This document shows positions 41,192 through 54,510 of a stretch of 64,000 bases of DNA, piece by piece (the first letter of the stretch is position 1; every line of letters begins with the position of its first letter). The stretch comes from Camelus dromedarius (taxonomy: Eukaryota), in contig NC_087437.1 of the NCBI RefSeq assembly GCF_036321535.1, forward strand, positions 85,686,001-85,750,000. Direction: 5' to 3'. The position numbers were made by a program, and so were the translations under genes. The notes below the pieces were generated by a model that saw nothing but the letters and a program-made list of their open reading frames with translations, ran no database searches and was not told the DNA's origin.

Positions 41192-41465
41192 CAATGATTC
41201 TCAAAATGTGTTCAGTGGGACAACAGATCCACAGGATGTGAGCAGAAATTTTGTTATCAATTAATCTGGGATATTTGGAATAAAAGAAGTCAAATAATGT
41301 TCTTTATTGCAGGATTTCCCTCAGAGTTTAAATGCTACTGTATTAAGAATTTCTGAGAAGGATAAGGTATACCAAGGTTGCTTTTTCCCCACAATTTTCA
41401 TGCCAGGATTTATTAAGGATTTACTTCTTCTAGAATAGTGTTTTACCAATTATACCTTGAGAAAA
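41192..41465. mobile_element. Ancient hAT-type non-autonomous element (MER112/Charlie-like)
   Basis: Starts 'tgattctcaaaatgtgttc', internal 'ttctttattgcaggattt..tcagag', ends near 'ccttgagaaa'. Family uncertain. Confidence 0.45.
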
Positions 41466-41701
41466 AAAGATAGTGGTAATGTGGCTTATGAAGTAAAGAA
41501 ACTCTCCTGCTGCCAACCTAGGAGGACCAAAGCCTGAGCTTACTAAGGAACCTGGCAAGTTGACTCATTATATTTATCCTAGTTTCTTTTTAGCTGGTTC
41601 CCTCAGTAGACACTGACTAATATTCAAAAGCTTGGCTTCAATTCAGGGCTCTAGAGTCAAATGGCCAAAATTGTAATATTGTTTCTACTACATTGAAGAA
41701 C

Positions 41702-42203
41702 TGTGGCAGATTTGAAATTTTACTCTGTTTGCAAACTAATAAGTTAACCTGTCACAGTGTCACAGATGCTGGCAGAAGACATGAAACTCCTGAGTCAAAG
41801 ACAGAGGATTTATTATGCAAAGCACAGCAGGCATCATGAACTCCTTGTTCACAACAGTTCCTCTTGACCTCAAGCCCCAGAGATGCCATGCAGAGAGGTA
41901 CAGGTGGATGCCACATGCACAATAGGTTTGTGCCACAGTGAAGAACTCAGGGGTTAGAAAGTCTGTATCTTATGAGCAGTTGGTGTCAAACCTGCCCAAC
42001 ATTTGACCTGTAGGGAGACATTATCATTATTTTCCTAGTCTGAAAACAAATCCATTGCTTTGCAAAAAGAAGATACTATTTCTATATTTCAGGGCTGTTT
42101 GGTATACCAGTATCCTTGATAAATAGTCTGGAACAAAAAATATTAATGCCTCTCCACAAAAGTGCGGAAATTCAGAAGACCCACGGAGAATTGTTTCCCA
42201 CCA
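41702..42203 (-). mobile_element. ERVL solo LTR, LTR40-like
   Basis: The reverse complement starts 'tggtgggaaacaattctccgtgggtc' and contains 'ttgttccagactattt..caaggat'. TG...CA termini. Confidence 0.8.
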
Positions 42204-42989
42204 TTATTCACTAGCTGCATTACCTCTCTAAGTTTCAATAGAAATAATAATTGAAGTAAAAATTGCATCTGCTTTATTGAATTCTTCAGTGGATTAAATA
42301 AAGTGCTCCAGTGCCAGCAAATAAAACTCAGCTCAGCAAAAAAATTAAATTTCTGTATAAATCTGTAAGGAGGCTTAGCTCTCAGTCTTCCAGTTTTGCC
42401 CAATGGTAGTAATTTATTTATTATCAAATAATAAATAATTATTCATATCATATGTATTATCAAAGAAACCTATTACTTTCCTGTTGCATGAAAACTTCAC
42501 CAATTCACATACCCTCCTCTCTTTTTTTTTTTTCCTGCCTATCCTTTCCCAGATATGATCCAAGACCCTGGGATTTTACATGTAGCTCTGGCAACTGAAG
42601 GATGTACCTGGGTTTGCAGAACTCATCCACTGCGGTTTTACTCATTTGGTGAAATCACCACTTGTTCTTGGATATCAACATCTATTGTGCATGGATCCCT
42701 GATGAGGCCCTGGCATTTCCTGCAGATCTTTGAAATTTTAGAATTAAAAACAACAAGAAAAAAGCAAACAAAACCTTGCTTTCTCAAGCACTTTTTCTGC
42801 TATGATTTCCAGAACATGCATTAGAACTCACACCCAAAGTTTCCGCAGCTACATTTTGTTTTATTGCTTTATCCATAAGAGAGTACAGGAGCTCCCTAAT
42901 GGGACCTGAAAGGGAACAGTCGTAAAATGAGTGTGAGAAATACATCCAAGTCAGTATCTCAAAATGCTTTCTGTTATGTCTGATCCTGG

Positions 42990-43799
42990 AAAGGATCTTG
43001 AGATAGGGAAATTATCCTGGATTATCTGAGTGGATCCAATGTAACCCATAACGCTCTTATTTTTTTAATTTTTAATGATGTGTAGTTGATTTACAATGTT
43101 AGTTTCAGGTGTGCAGCAACGTGATTCAATTACATATACATACTTATGTATATTTTTTTCTTTTCAGATTCTTTTCCATTATATGTTATTACAAGAAATT
43201 GAATGTAGTTCCTGTGCTATACAGTAGGTCTTTGTTGTTTATTTTGTCTATAGTAATGTGTGTCTATTAGTTCCCAATCCCTAATTTATCCCTCCCTGTC
43301 CTTTCCCCTTTGGTAACCATAGTTTGTTTCTATGTCTGTGAGTCTGTTTTTGGTTTGTAAATAGAATTTGTGTAATTTTTTTCAGATTCCACATATAATA
43401 TTAAGTGAAGTAAGTCACACAGAAACAAATATCATATGATATCACTTATATGTGGAGTCTAAAAAAAAAGGGTCTTTATAAGAGCGAGGCTAGAACGACA
43501 GTGCTATAAAGGGCAAGATGATGATAGAAGCAGAGAAAGAGGCAGAGAGGAAGACAGTCCCCTGCTTTGAAAAATGCAAGATGGAGCCGTGAGCCAAGAA
43601 ATACAAGTGGCCTCGAGAAACTGGAAAAAAAAAAAAGCAAGGAAATGGGTTTTTCCCTAGAACTTCCAGTAGGACCTCAGCCCTGCTGATTCTTTGATTT
43701 TAGGACTTCTGACCTCTGGAACTGTAAGATAATACATCTGTGTTGTTTTAAGCTGCAAAATGTGTGGTAATTTGTGAAAGCAGCTATAGGAAACTAACA
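42990..43799 (+). mobile_element. MaLR LTR, MLT1D-like, split by an L1 insertion
   Basis: The left part reads 'ggatcttgagatagggaaattatcctggattatctgagtgg'. The right part reads 'gggtctttataagag...gacttctgacctctggaactgtaagataat...taggaaactaaca'. Confidence 0.88.
43060..43469 (-). mobile_element. Cetartiodactyl-type L1 3' end with inverted 5' segment
   Basis: Antisense 3' UTR at 43060-43398, then sense-orientation 'aagtgaagtaagtca...atatcacttatatgtggagtctaaaaaaaaa' at about 43401-43469. Confidence 0.92.
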
Positions 43800-43949
43800 T
43801 AGCCTGTTTGTTTTGTAAGGGACATCATAACACCATGGTAGCTATGCTTTAAAAAATGTTCTTCAGTTTTGTCTCCTGTTTTCACCTTACATTCCATCTT
43901 ACATTCCATATTCTGTAGACGAGAGATGGGGAAAGAAGCAAAGAATCCA

Positions 43950-46900
43950 GGTATTTCCATCTTAAAACTTAATTGTGGCAGACAGGAAAATGGACCACTC
44001 AGATGCCACTCAAGACAGGACGGATGGTCAGGGATGGTTCCCCGGCACAAGCTGGCATCCTATTTTCCAACCATTCCCTGGTGATCTGCTGCTTTGGCCC
44101 AATGAAGGACAGAACTACCCTGGCTAGTGCCATGATTCAGACATTTGAAACATACAAGGCAAAAAGTAGACATAAGGACTGAGGAATTGGTGTTACAATA
44201 TTGCATTGATTCCTTTAAGCAGACAAAAAGTCAAAAGCAAGTACTAAGAACTGGAAAGTTGGTGTGAGAACTAGAGTCCGTGGGAACACAAAGAAGCCTC
44301 GTATCAGGCAGCGAAGAGAAAAGGTGAAAGTTGCACAGGATTACTCAGTCAAAGTGGCTAAACTTCAAAGATTGTTGAATGTTCGTGACTCTTCAGATCC
44401 ATTTCAATCGCTTGAAACCAGGGAACTGAGTCCTGCTTGCTTCAGGAAGAAAATACAGATATCATTTCTTGCAAGGCCATGGTTTCTACCTTCTGGAGAT
44501 GCCCCCACCTTCTCTCCTGCAGGCTGGTTAATCAGAGTTAAGTGGCTGCATAACCCAGCCATGCCATGCTGGGACTAATAGGAAAGCAAGGAGATTATAC
44601 CCTGAAGTCACTGCTGGAATGAGAAAGCATTTATCACTAGGAACGGTGAGACAGGGATCTGAGGGTGACTGATCGAAGAAACTCAAACAGTTTGTGGACT
44701 CAGGGCACTATCTCAGTAAACAGGATTTAACATCCTGGCAAGATCCCCAGGGCATGCTGCAAGTTTGCTGCTAGGACTGGAGCTAGAAGCAGAGAAAACA
44801 CAAAGGCCCACTCTGAGTGAGATTAAAATGCCTCCATTGCCAGAACAGATAGTAAAGGGATTAGAGGCCAAGGAAAGGAGGCATACTGGAAGGGATATAT
44901 TAAGTGAGGCCCAAAGATTATATGAGGTCATTCAGAGAATTATGAGAACATTCAGAGAATTATGTCCCGTGACTTCCAAGACGCCCCATTAACCGAGTCT
45001 ATAAGAAGTACACTCCTGAGAAAAACGCTTAGCGGCAGGCATCGTTAGGAATGTCAGCTGTGGCCCTCCTCCGCAGGTCAGGGCTGATGGTAGAGAGGCT
45101 GTTATGTTACCTGGCTTGCTGAAAGCCGTGGGAATTGGGATATGCCCACAGAGTAAAAGGAGCCAGGCGGCGCTGTTGAGCCACCAGAAGTCAGAGGGTT
45201 ACAGTTATCATGACAGACAAATTTGGAGGGCTGAGGACACCTGATATGCATAGAGCCATGGAAATGCTTCAAAGACCATGGCATCCCTAAAGGTCAAATA
45301 AATGGCAGCTAACAAAAGTAGCACCAAATTGTGTGTGAGTGTGTTTGTAGATGGTGAGCCAAAGGCTGAAAGGAGACACTCCAATAAAAATTATAACACA
45401 TTGCCCAGCTTCCAAATCTGAGCTGGTTTTCAAACCTGGGCAAGAACCTATTGACTGAACAGATGACCTGTTCCCCAGAGGAAGGAGCCTGAAATAGTAT
45501 ATCCAACATAGCCTGTAATGATTTCCCCAGCCCTTCTTCAAAGGGATCTGTGGCTACTTACTTGAATGATTCTACACTGGATTAAGAGGAGTACACAGAC
45601 ATTTCAAAGACCACTGGAGACAGGGTTTGGTTAACATTGATATTGCAGACTTCAAGCACTATTATGGCCCCTTTTAGAGTGGGAGCATGTGAGTATCAAA
45701 TAAATAAAAGAAGTCTTGGCCCAATTCCAGCTTACAGTAGGACACTTAGGTCTGTAAATCCAAGCATCAGACATCTGTGTGGTCCCCAGATGCATTTTGT
45801 GGGGATTGATACAGTTGGCAGTTTCAGTGACGCTTACATCGGATCCTTGGGCAATGTAAGTACTATCACAGTGGTGAAGTCCAAGGGAGAGCCTCTGAAA
45901 CTGCATGCTCCTATGGTTAGGACAGAATAGCATTTCCTCTAGGGGGAGTAAAAAAATAGAGATGAATGCCACACCATCAGATCTCAAAATGCAAGAGAAT
46001 TGACTACTGTGTTATTTCTTTTTTTAATTGAAGTGTAATTGATTTATAATATTATATTAGTTTTAGGTGTACAACATAGTAATTCAGTATTTTATGGATT
46101 ATACTCCATTTAAAGTTATAAAATATACTTGTCCCTATCCCCTTCCTTCCTCCTGCTGGTAACCACTAGTTTGATTTCTGTATCTTTGAGTCTGTTTCTA
46201 TTTTGTTACGTTCATTCGCCTTATTTTTTAGATTCTACGTATAAGTGATCACACACAGTATTTGCCTTTTTCCTTCTGTCTTATTTCCTTGAGCATAATG
46301 CCCTCTAGGTCCACCCATGTTGTTACAAATGGCATAATTTCATTCTTTTTTAAGGCTGGGTGAGAAATGTGTGTGTCTGTGTGTGTTATTTGTAGACTTT
46401 TTGATGATAGCCATTCTGACAGGTGTGAGATGATATCTCATTGTGGTTTAATTCACAAGTCTGGCCTCTGCCAAAATTGAATTAACCTTGGAGAATCAGT
46501 GTAGACCACAACAAGATCAGCTAAGTAGTAGGTTCAATCTCCACTGTCAGATCTGACACGGTATTGTTACCAGGGCAGACTAATTCAACCTCAGGCAGTG
46601 ATTTAGGGCTTTCTGGTCTCTCCGAGTCAGGAAAGGAAATCAGGGACAGTTCACATTCACTCAGAACGTACCACAATGTTTATGTAGCTTTGCCCCATGG
46701 CTAACCGCTCTCTCCTCCTAATATAGCCCCAAAATATATTTTCACAAAATACCAAGTTGATTCGTTACTAATGATGATTAGGCAGGATGAGCAAGAGGTA
46801 GCTCTGTTATTTTTCTAAATGACATGTGCTCCTAAGGTGGGAAGTAAACCCCATGAAGAATCAGGAATTTGATACTTCAGCGAAAAAAAAAAAATTAGGA

Positions 46901-47853
46901 GTTCAATGTCCAGGTGCCTGCCAATACTTCCCCTTCAAAATGAAGGACAAATTGTTGTATGTTACATCCCTTTCTGCCTAAAAGGAAGCTCACAGCTCAG
47001 AAGACATCTGAAATTCTACAGATACCATATTTCACACCTAGAAATGCTTTTCTGGCCCAGATATAAGGTGATATGGGAGGCTGACAGCTCGAAGGAGATC
47101 TGGAGCAAGAAAGGTCTTGGTACCAGGTCATGTCGCAGTGCAAGCAGCCCTCCACTCAGGTAACATGACTCCACACACTATGCTGTGCTGGTGATCTCAG
47201 TGGTGGACTTTATGGAAAGCACCAATGGAAAAATCACAAAGTAGGCCCCTAGGTTTCTGAAGTAAAGCCATGTTATATCTACCATAGCTCTACATATGTT
47301 CTAAAATACAGCTACTAGCATGCTGCTGGGCCCTGGGAGACATGGGATGTTCAGCCATAAATGAATGAGGAACCTACTTTACAGTGAAGGACATGTAGAA
47401 GGAGCCCCATGTAAATGGAATCTATGAGTTATATCTACCACCTACAAGATGGCAGCCTGGCAGAACATCAGAATTACCTGGTGCAGGCGCAGCTGAACTA
47501 CCATCTCAGAGTCTATACCTGAATGAATCTGGTAGATAATTGTAACTATGAATGAATAAGTACAGCAATTCTGACCTGAAAAAGTTACGGCTGACAAGGT
47601 TCAGAACCTTAAGGAACAAGGCTTGGGCCATTCTATGAGGTAAGCCGTCAAGACCAGCAGAAGTGATACCTTGCAGCAAGGAAAACTCACTCTCGACGGG
47701 GATGAGTGCCAGTTATGTCCCTGAGACAACTGCAGGGAGGTCTCTGACCTCCCTTTTCCAAGTTTCTCCTCAGGAGGAAGCCCGGCCAGTGCATGAAGGA
47801 GCTGCTCACCGAACCTCTGTGGTGAAGTGAAGCTGCATGGCCCAAGAGCAGCC
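43950..47853 (+). mobile_element. Decayed ERVL internal region (ERV3-16A3-like gag-pro-pol), interrupted by L1
   Basis: Gag-like 'AQDYSVKVAKLQRLLN' (ORF 44264) and 'VALLRRSGL'-like text near 45060. Protease/RT-like 'PFRVGA...VGIDTVGSFSDAYIGSL...VVKSKGEPLKL' (ORF 45637). 'NSQVWPLPK..PWRISVDHNK' at about 46450 parallels ERVL 'NSPIWPVQK..SWRMTVDYRK'. Many stops and frameshifts. Confidence 0.85.
46015..46450 (-). mobile_element. L1 3' end inserted in ERVL pol, internally deleted
   Basis: Poly-T then 'aattgaagtgtaattgatttataatattatattag...'. Ends 'gccattctgacaggtgtgagatgatatctcattgtggttt'. Confidence 0.92.
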
Positions 47854-48269
47854 TGTGGTCAACAGAGATGAGCCACTCAGATCCCCCTTCAGGAGAAGTC
47901 TTGTTGCCCACTTGTGATAAATGTGACTAGCAATGACTTCTAGCTGTTAACTCATTCAATATATCATTCCAAGGTAAAGTCCTTTTCACTTCAGGCTGAA
48001 TTTCAACCAATGATTGTGCAAGGTGGTGGGCAATAGCCTAGCCATTCCCTCACCACAGAGAACTCCTCTAATGCACAATCTTTGCTCTACTGCTCCATTT
48101 TAGACCAGCAAGGACTTTGCAGGGTCAGTGACAAGGTCTGATGACTACCCCTACCCTATCCAATGCTGTTTCCTCTTTTTTCCTTCCACAGGTATTTCTC
48201 ACCAAGAAAGCTTTCACACACCTAACTTCATCTTGACATCTGCTTCTCAGAGAACCCAGCCTGCTTCCA
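47854..48269 (+). mobile_element. LTR16-family LTR (3' LTR of the ERVL relic)
   Basis: 'tgtggtc..gagatgagccactcagatcccccttcagg...cttgttgccc' and the end 'ccttccacaggt...ctaacttcatcttgacatctgcttctcagagaacccagcctgc'. Confidence 0.82.
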
Positions 48270-48426
48270 CTGGCAATCTCCATACATTCTCTGATGTCAT
48301 TAAGGAAAGGTCTTTTAGAAAATGTACTAATATCATATCATTTTGCAACTAGATTAGTAGGAAGCCACAATATAGGAATGGTGATTTTTCCATGCAATTA
48401 TCTAATTATGGGACCAGATTATTAGA

Positions 48427-48481
48427 ATATATATACGCATATATATATATACACACACACATATGGAGAGAGAGAGAGAGA
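48427..48481. repeat. Compound (TA)n(CA)n(GA)n microsatellite
   Basis: Direct reading. Confidence 0.9.
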
Positions 48482-49789
48482 TGATAAAGCAGGACATTTT
48501 AGTCAGCCTCATGATTTATTATTATATTGTCAACAGAAGATAAAAAATATCAAAAGGAAGATTTATGACTGAATAGTCAAGCTATTAGTTTTCAACTTGC
48601 TAGGTAAAAGAGCCACAATCTCATAACCTTGTCTCAACAGCTGTCTTCTAGTACAGAAGAGGGGAAAAAAAATGTGTTCATGATTAATACCTACAAATTG
48701 AGAGAAGTATAAATTTAAAGCACAACAAAGAGAGAGGAAGAAATATATTCTGATATTTATCTTGATTCCATGAATCATTTTGAATAGAAATTTATAATTT
48801 CCAAGTAATTGAAATACAAATTAATGCAAAAAATATTTTTAAGATGATAAAAGAGCCCTTAATGTTGAGTATCAGACAATACAAAATTGATTTGAAACAT
48901 GCTAGGACTCTGTCCTTATTACTTCATGTAAAAATAAAGTATAATCTCTTTTGTCCTCACATAGTTATGATGAGAGTATAATTTATTACACTCAGAAAGA
49001 GCACATGTTCACAGAAATTATGCTGTTTATAATTTTGTTGGGCATTTTATTACCATGCCTTCAGTGGTATTTATCATTTCATGGACACTTGGCAGTTAAA
49101 AGGGTTCAAACAATAACATTATAATTCATCTGCAGACTTATCTCAGAAATAACCTATACACAATGTGGATTCTCTATTACATCTTCCCTTTAGCAACTAT
49201 CAACATCAACATGTAACTATCCTTTATGATTTTAGCCCTTCTTGAGAACAGGTGTTTGGCATTTGATTATTTCAACAAAGAGATCCTATTTGAAAAATTA
49301 GAGTTGTGGATCCTGACATTATCAAAGGAGTGAATTAAGTCAGGTTTTGGACACAAGTTTAGTCAACTTATTTCTAGTATAGTCAAGAATTTTGTCCATT
49401 ATCACATTAAAAATGAACATAATCCACTGTGAGAACAAAGTTGTAAGGATCAATATAAAACATAACCTTACTCAGGTGTGTTCTACACTACATCATTTTT
49501 AACCTCTTAGAACTTGACAATTTCTACATTAGAAATGTAAATTTTAAATAACAGGTTTGCTATGGATGAACCATTTTTGTCCATCAGTTGCCTTTTAGTT
49601 CACCATAGCTCACATTTATGACAAAAGATTGAAGATGTTGGGTCCATTTAATCAGAACCAGACAAAAAAGCAAAGTGATAATTTACTTAAGAAGTAAACC
49701 CTAGTGGAGAATTGTTATTTAAGGGATCTATTGATTAAATCCCTCTTTACTTGAGAGAAGACAGAATTATTGATATATAGGCTAGATTG

Positions 49790-49928
49790 GTGGTCTCAGA
49801 AAGTAATTAAATCCTAGAATAGGCTACCAAGGAAAGTGGTAGAATTTCTCTCCTTAAAAATCTTTAAGTCTAGGGTAGATATTTTTCTTCAGGTGTCTTT
49901 TAGCTCTACAATTCTTTGATTCTGTGAT
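49790..49928 (+). mobile_element. CR1/L3 3' fragment
   Basis: 'gaataggctaccaaggaaagtggtagaatttctctcctt...attctttgattctgtga' has the CR1-type body and ATTCTRTG-like tail. Confidence 0.65.
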
Positions 49929-50014
49929 GTCTGCGGTATTTACTTCTTGAAGATCATTTCAACAATTTCCATCTTCTGCATTTAACAAAAAAGCCTCATG
50001 TACGCAACTTTTAA

Positions 50015-50357
50015 AATTTAATAGATTTCTTTTTCAAAATAGTTTTAGGTTTACACAAAAATTGAGCATAAAGTACAGAGAGTTCTTATATACCACCTCC
50101 CCTGTCCACCTGCTACACAGTTTCCCCTATGATTAACATCTTGCATTAGTGTGGTGCATTTGTTACAACTGATGAACAAACATCGATACATTACTGCTAA
50201 TTGAAGTCCATAGTTTACATTAGGGTTCAGTTCTATGGGTTTTGAAAAATGCTTAATGTCACGTACATACCATTACAGTTTCTTACGGAACAGTTTCACT
50301 ATCCTGAAAGTCCCCTGTGCTCCACCTACTTGTCCCTCCCTGGCAACTACTAATTCA
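50015..50357 (-). mobile_element. L1MC1/2-like 3' end
   Basis: 'ttttaggtttacacaaaaattgagc..aaagtacagagagttc...ttaacatcttgcattagtgtggt.catttgttacaa.tgatgaac'. Confidence 0.88.
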
Positions 50358-51291
50358 GTTGCTGGATTCTCTACCCCTGCTTTATGCATTGGTGTGTCTC
50401 TCAGATAAAAGTCAAGAATATTAAAGAGTTTGTGCTTTATTACAGAAGTAATGGTTATATAATGAACCTCCTTTTGTAGGTTTTATGCAAATGATTAGAG
50501 ATAATATTGACAATAAAAAATCAAGTTCTATCTAGATGATCAAATATGTGCTTATTTTAAATTACAACTTACATCAAGATATGACTTGTAAATGCTAGTA
50601 TACATTTTTACGTGGTATATTTGAGTTGCTAAGGATTACTTATGGCTTTTTTAGTACCTAACATCTGTGGGAAAGCATATTTTTTTCTATTAAATTAACA
50701 TACAACCTGAAGCAAAATATTGCTAATATGTCAGCTACATTGTGTGTGATCTTTCTCCATTTGCTGTCTGTAGTGGAATGCAGCATCTATTTATTGTCAA
50801 GGTTGCTTTTAAAAAAAAACCAAAACTTTTTTTTTCTTGCAATTGTTTAAAGTACTCCTTTGCCCCCTGAATTTTTGTTGTGATGGTAATGTGACTATAA
50901 TGGCTACATAAATGAATCACTACTTTTATATTGTTCTCTGGTCATGAGACCAAAAGAGGAAATCATCCATGATCACCAGAAACTCAAGTTACCTGTTTCA
51001 CTCTATTAAATGTGGAACCATTAAAGTTATGATATCTTTATCATTTCAAAAATACAATATAGTCCACAAATACAGAAGAGTTGTGAGTGCTAATTCACAT
51101 TCCTGTTGATAAAACGGAATAGCTGCAGAAAGGTAGAAGCATATTTTTCCCCTCAAGCCCATTCCTGAAAGGGTTTTCCAGAAATTATGGAGATTTGAGA
51201 CTGAAAATTAAAGCTCACTTGAACAAAACATCCTATACATTCCATACCTGCAATGAATAAGCCAAACACTGCTTGGCACACAAATGATAAT

Positions 51292-51361
51292 AAGGAAGGG
51301 AAGGGAAGGGTTGCAAAGAGGAGGGAAGGGAAGGAGAGAAGAGGAGAGGGGAGGAGAGGGC
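51292..51361. repeat. Purine-rich (GGAAG/GGAGA)n low-complexity tract
   Basis: Direct reading. Confidence 0.75.
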
Positions 51362-51649
51362 AAACTGGAATCTCATAACAGACCTGTGTAGGAAAATAAC
51401 TAAGGACCTGAAAGTCACATTGCTTCTTAGAAAAATATAAACATCAGATATAAATTCCTCCAAGAAATGTTTGCAGCTGCCCCAGTTACTCTTTCATCTT
51501 ATTGCAGAACTAGAATTTTTGGCTACAATAGGTACAATACTGTGTGGTTCATAGATAAGAGAAAAAGAGCTAACCAACATTTCTAATAGATAGAAGAAAT
51601 CATTAGTTTTTCTACCTTTTCTAGTTGTGTTTTCAGCATTGTTGTATCT

Positions 51650-51835
51650 ATACATACTGTCTTATTTTTAATATTTTCATGAACTCTATAAAGAAGGCCC
51701 TGGTGTTGTACCCATTTTACAGATGAGGAAACTGCTCTTAGTTCCCTTTTGCAGTCGCAGCCTGAGAGAGAAGTGGTATTCAGACTAAGGCAATCTCAGG
51801 CCAGAGGCTACACACTTAAGTACTATGGTGTTGCC
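51650..51835 (-). mobile_element. MIR SINE
   Basis: Core motif 'cccattttacagatgaggaaactg'. Confidence 0.8.
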
Positions 51836-52524
51836 TGTCTGCTCTTTTACTGACTTATCTTCTTCATTAAATAGATAAATATATTACAGAATATATATAC
51901 ATATTTAAAACCAATATGAATCTTTTAAAAGGGTGCTATAAAAGTTATTATTTAATTTCAAGGCAGACGAGGCAAACTGGTGTGGTCAAAGGATTGATAT
52001 ACATCCTCTTAGAGTTCAGGTCTCATTGGCTACAGCATACATTTTTCATAAGACCTCCTCTTTAGATCAATAAAGCTTCCATTCTACTCATCATAAATTT
52101 ATTCCTTTTTAAAAAGACCATAGTCATATAATGCTTAAAAAGTAGATGGTTGTGCATTTTGTTAACTGCCTGCCTCTCTCCAAGGTAGGGATTTATAAAA
52201 ATCTTAAATTTCTATGTGTACGAGGATAAAAAATTAATGAGAAACAAGCCTCAGAGGGTTCTTGACATCTCAAACTGAAATTCTTACGTCTTTCACTTCT
52301 TTTTTTCTCTGTGGAATTTACCACTCCCCCTCTTCCCTTTTCTGATTCCACAAATGTAAGGAAGCTTTGTGATCTATACAAACCTTATAATTACAGAATC
52401 ATGAATATATAAGGTGTATATGTAAACAAAAATGAAAGAGACAATAAAATGAAAATAAATAAAATGAAAAAACAAGAAACAGACAATAAAAAGGCACATA
52501 TAAGAAATAAGCCTTTATTCACAT

Positions 52525-52729
52525 CTAGGGTCTGCAAATTTTTTCTGTAAAGGTCCAGTATTAAATATTTTAGGGCTTATGGGCCTTGTATCATCTCTTT
52601 CTTATATTCAACTTTTTTCTATATTATATCTCTGTAAAACTATGAAAATCATTCTTAGCTCTTGGGGGATAAAAAAAAACATACAGCAAATCAGATTTGG
52701 CCCATGGGCCACAGTTTTGCCAATGTCTG
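52525..52729. mobile_element. hAT-Charlie MITE, MER58-like
   Basis: 'gggtctgcaaattttttctgtaaaggtccag...aaatattttaggg...cagatttggcccatgggccacagttttgcc' with degenerate TIRs. Confidence 0.88.
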
Positions 52730-53419
52730 ACCTCTAACAACATGTTCATAACACAGTTCATTTCTACTATTAACAATGGAGTTAGAGACAATGAACTAAC
52801 AAAATAACTAATAATGACTGTTTTTTCACTTATATGTATACAACACAAGAGACCTATACATTAATAACAAAATCTTTCCCATATAGAGTTAGGCCACAGT
52901 CAATCTGGAATCTCTGATATACCTTTATGAAATAAAAAGTTAGTGAATAAAGTCTCTGAGTTTGTACACACATGTATACCCTCAACTTGTCACAAAACCT
53001 CGGACAAAAGCCTTCTTTCTCTTTACCCCATAGGAAACGTCGCATTACTCTTGCTCATAAATTTTCCACTCACTAGTATACCTCTTTTGTAATTTTTTTC
53101 TGATTTCCCAATCCACTCTGTATTAGAAGCAATAAACTAGAAATTATGGAACCTCTCTAATAAATAGACCTCTTACAGTGGCCAAAGGAAAGCAGACTTA
53201 AAACAGAAAAAGAAAATAAAGTTTCACAAATGTTAGTAAAACTATGCTATAAATTACAATAAAGTAACAAAGTGAATGTTCATATTGTTGACTCTAAAGT
53301 GAAATTATGTTCAATATCCTTTTTGAAAATATAGGAAAATGTCCAATAATATTTAGAATGACTTCAATTCAAATATTTAGAATTGTGACATTTGAAGTTA
53401 TAATAAACCCAGAGATAAT

Positions 53420-54165
53420 CTGTGAATCCTTATCTCTCTACTTTCATATAGTCAAATGTCCTGTCAAGTTCCTTCCAAATACATATTTTTAAATCCATTT
53501 TTCTCTTCTCCATTTTCACCACCAGATTTTAGATTTTCTCTTGTTGGAACACTTATAACTATTTCCTAATTGGTTTATCTGAATAGAGTCTCTTTTAGAC
53601 TCTAATTTATCTTCCACTTATCTATCAGAATTAAATTTCTAAAACAAAGATCTGATCTGGTGGCTTCTCACCTTAAATACTTTCAATAGCACTTCATTCT
53701 GTCCAGGGTCAGGTCCAATCTTCCTATGACTACATTCTTATCTGACCCAACCCATGTCCCTCAGCTTGGTCCCCACCAATCTTTTCACATAGACTGTACT
53801 CCAGGCAGCTTCAGTTCTTCTGCAAACACTGCCTGCTTCCTCTGCCTGCTAAATTCTACTCCCCGCTTCCCAATCTGTAATCCATCCAGTGAGTCATCTT
53901 TCAACACACAGCTAATTGTCATCTTATGTGTTTGAAAACTCCTTTGACAACCCAAGATTGAAACCACAACTACCTCCTTTCTCTCCTATAATAGTTTGTT
54001 TATACAATTAGTGCAGCACCTGTCAAACTGTGTTTTATTTATTTGTGTACACATCTCCCTTGCCAGACTATGAAGTCTTTGATGAGGTTATCTGTTTTTA
54101 CCTTCAGATTTTTAGCACAGTCCTGGCACAAAGTCGGCACTTAATCAATGTTACTGAATTGAATT
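53420..54165 (+). mobile_element. L2 (L2b/c-like) 3' region
   Basis: 'tttctaaaacaaagatctgatc', 'ttcaacacacagct', 'tagcacagtcctggcacaaagt.ggcacttaatcaatgttactgaattgaatt'. Confidence 0.8.
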
Positions 54166-54470
54166 AATTAGCATGTCTGGATGCTTATAACCAGGACAAA
54201 CCGTGTGTCTGTGTAGAACAGAAATCTGATTAGGTGTTAAGACTTACAGACACAGAAAAGTTTATTACTCAAAATAATCATTTTCTGCTGATTAAGTAAA
54301 ACAAATTATATACTAAGAGTTTAATCATTTTAAGTTAGAAACTGTATGTCTTTAAAATACAAATCCCTCTATGAGTAGAATGAAATGTTAAGCTGTTATG
54401 AGGAATTTAGTCCGGAGAGTCAATCATACTGGGGGAAAGATAAAAGTTTTGGGAGAGGTCCTTTATAAGC

Positions 54471-54510
54471 TGTGATGGTTAATTTTACATGCCAACTTGG
54501 CTAAACCATG
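54471..54510 (+). mobile_element. MLT2 LTR 5' stub (40 bp)
   Basis: 'tgtgatggttaattttacatgccaacttggctaaaccatg' is the canonical MLT2 start. Confidence 0.7.

Noticed and set aside
45160..45178. CTCF-like 'gagccaggcggcgctg'
   Set aside because: Only a partial match to the core, inside ERVL gag relic sequence.
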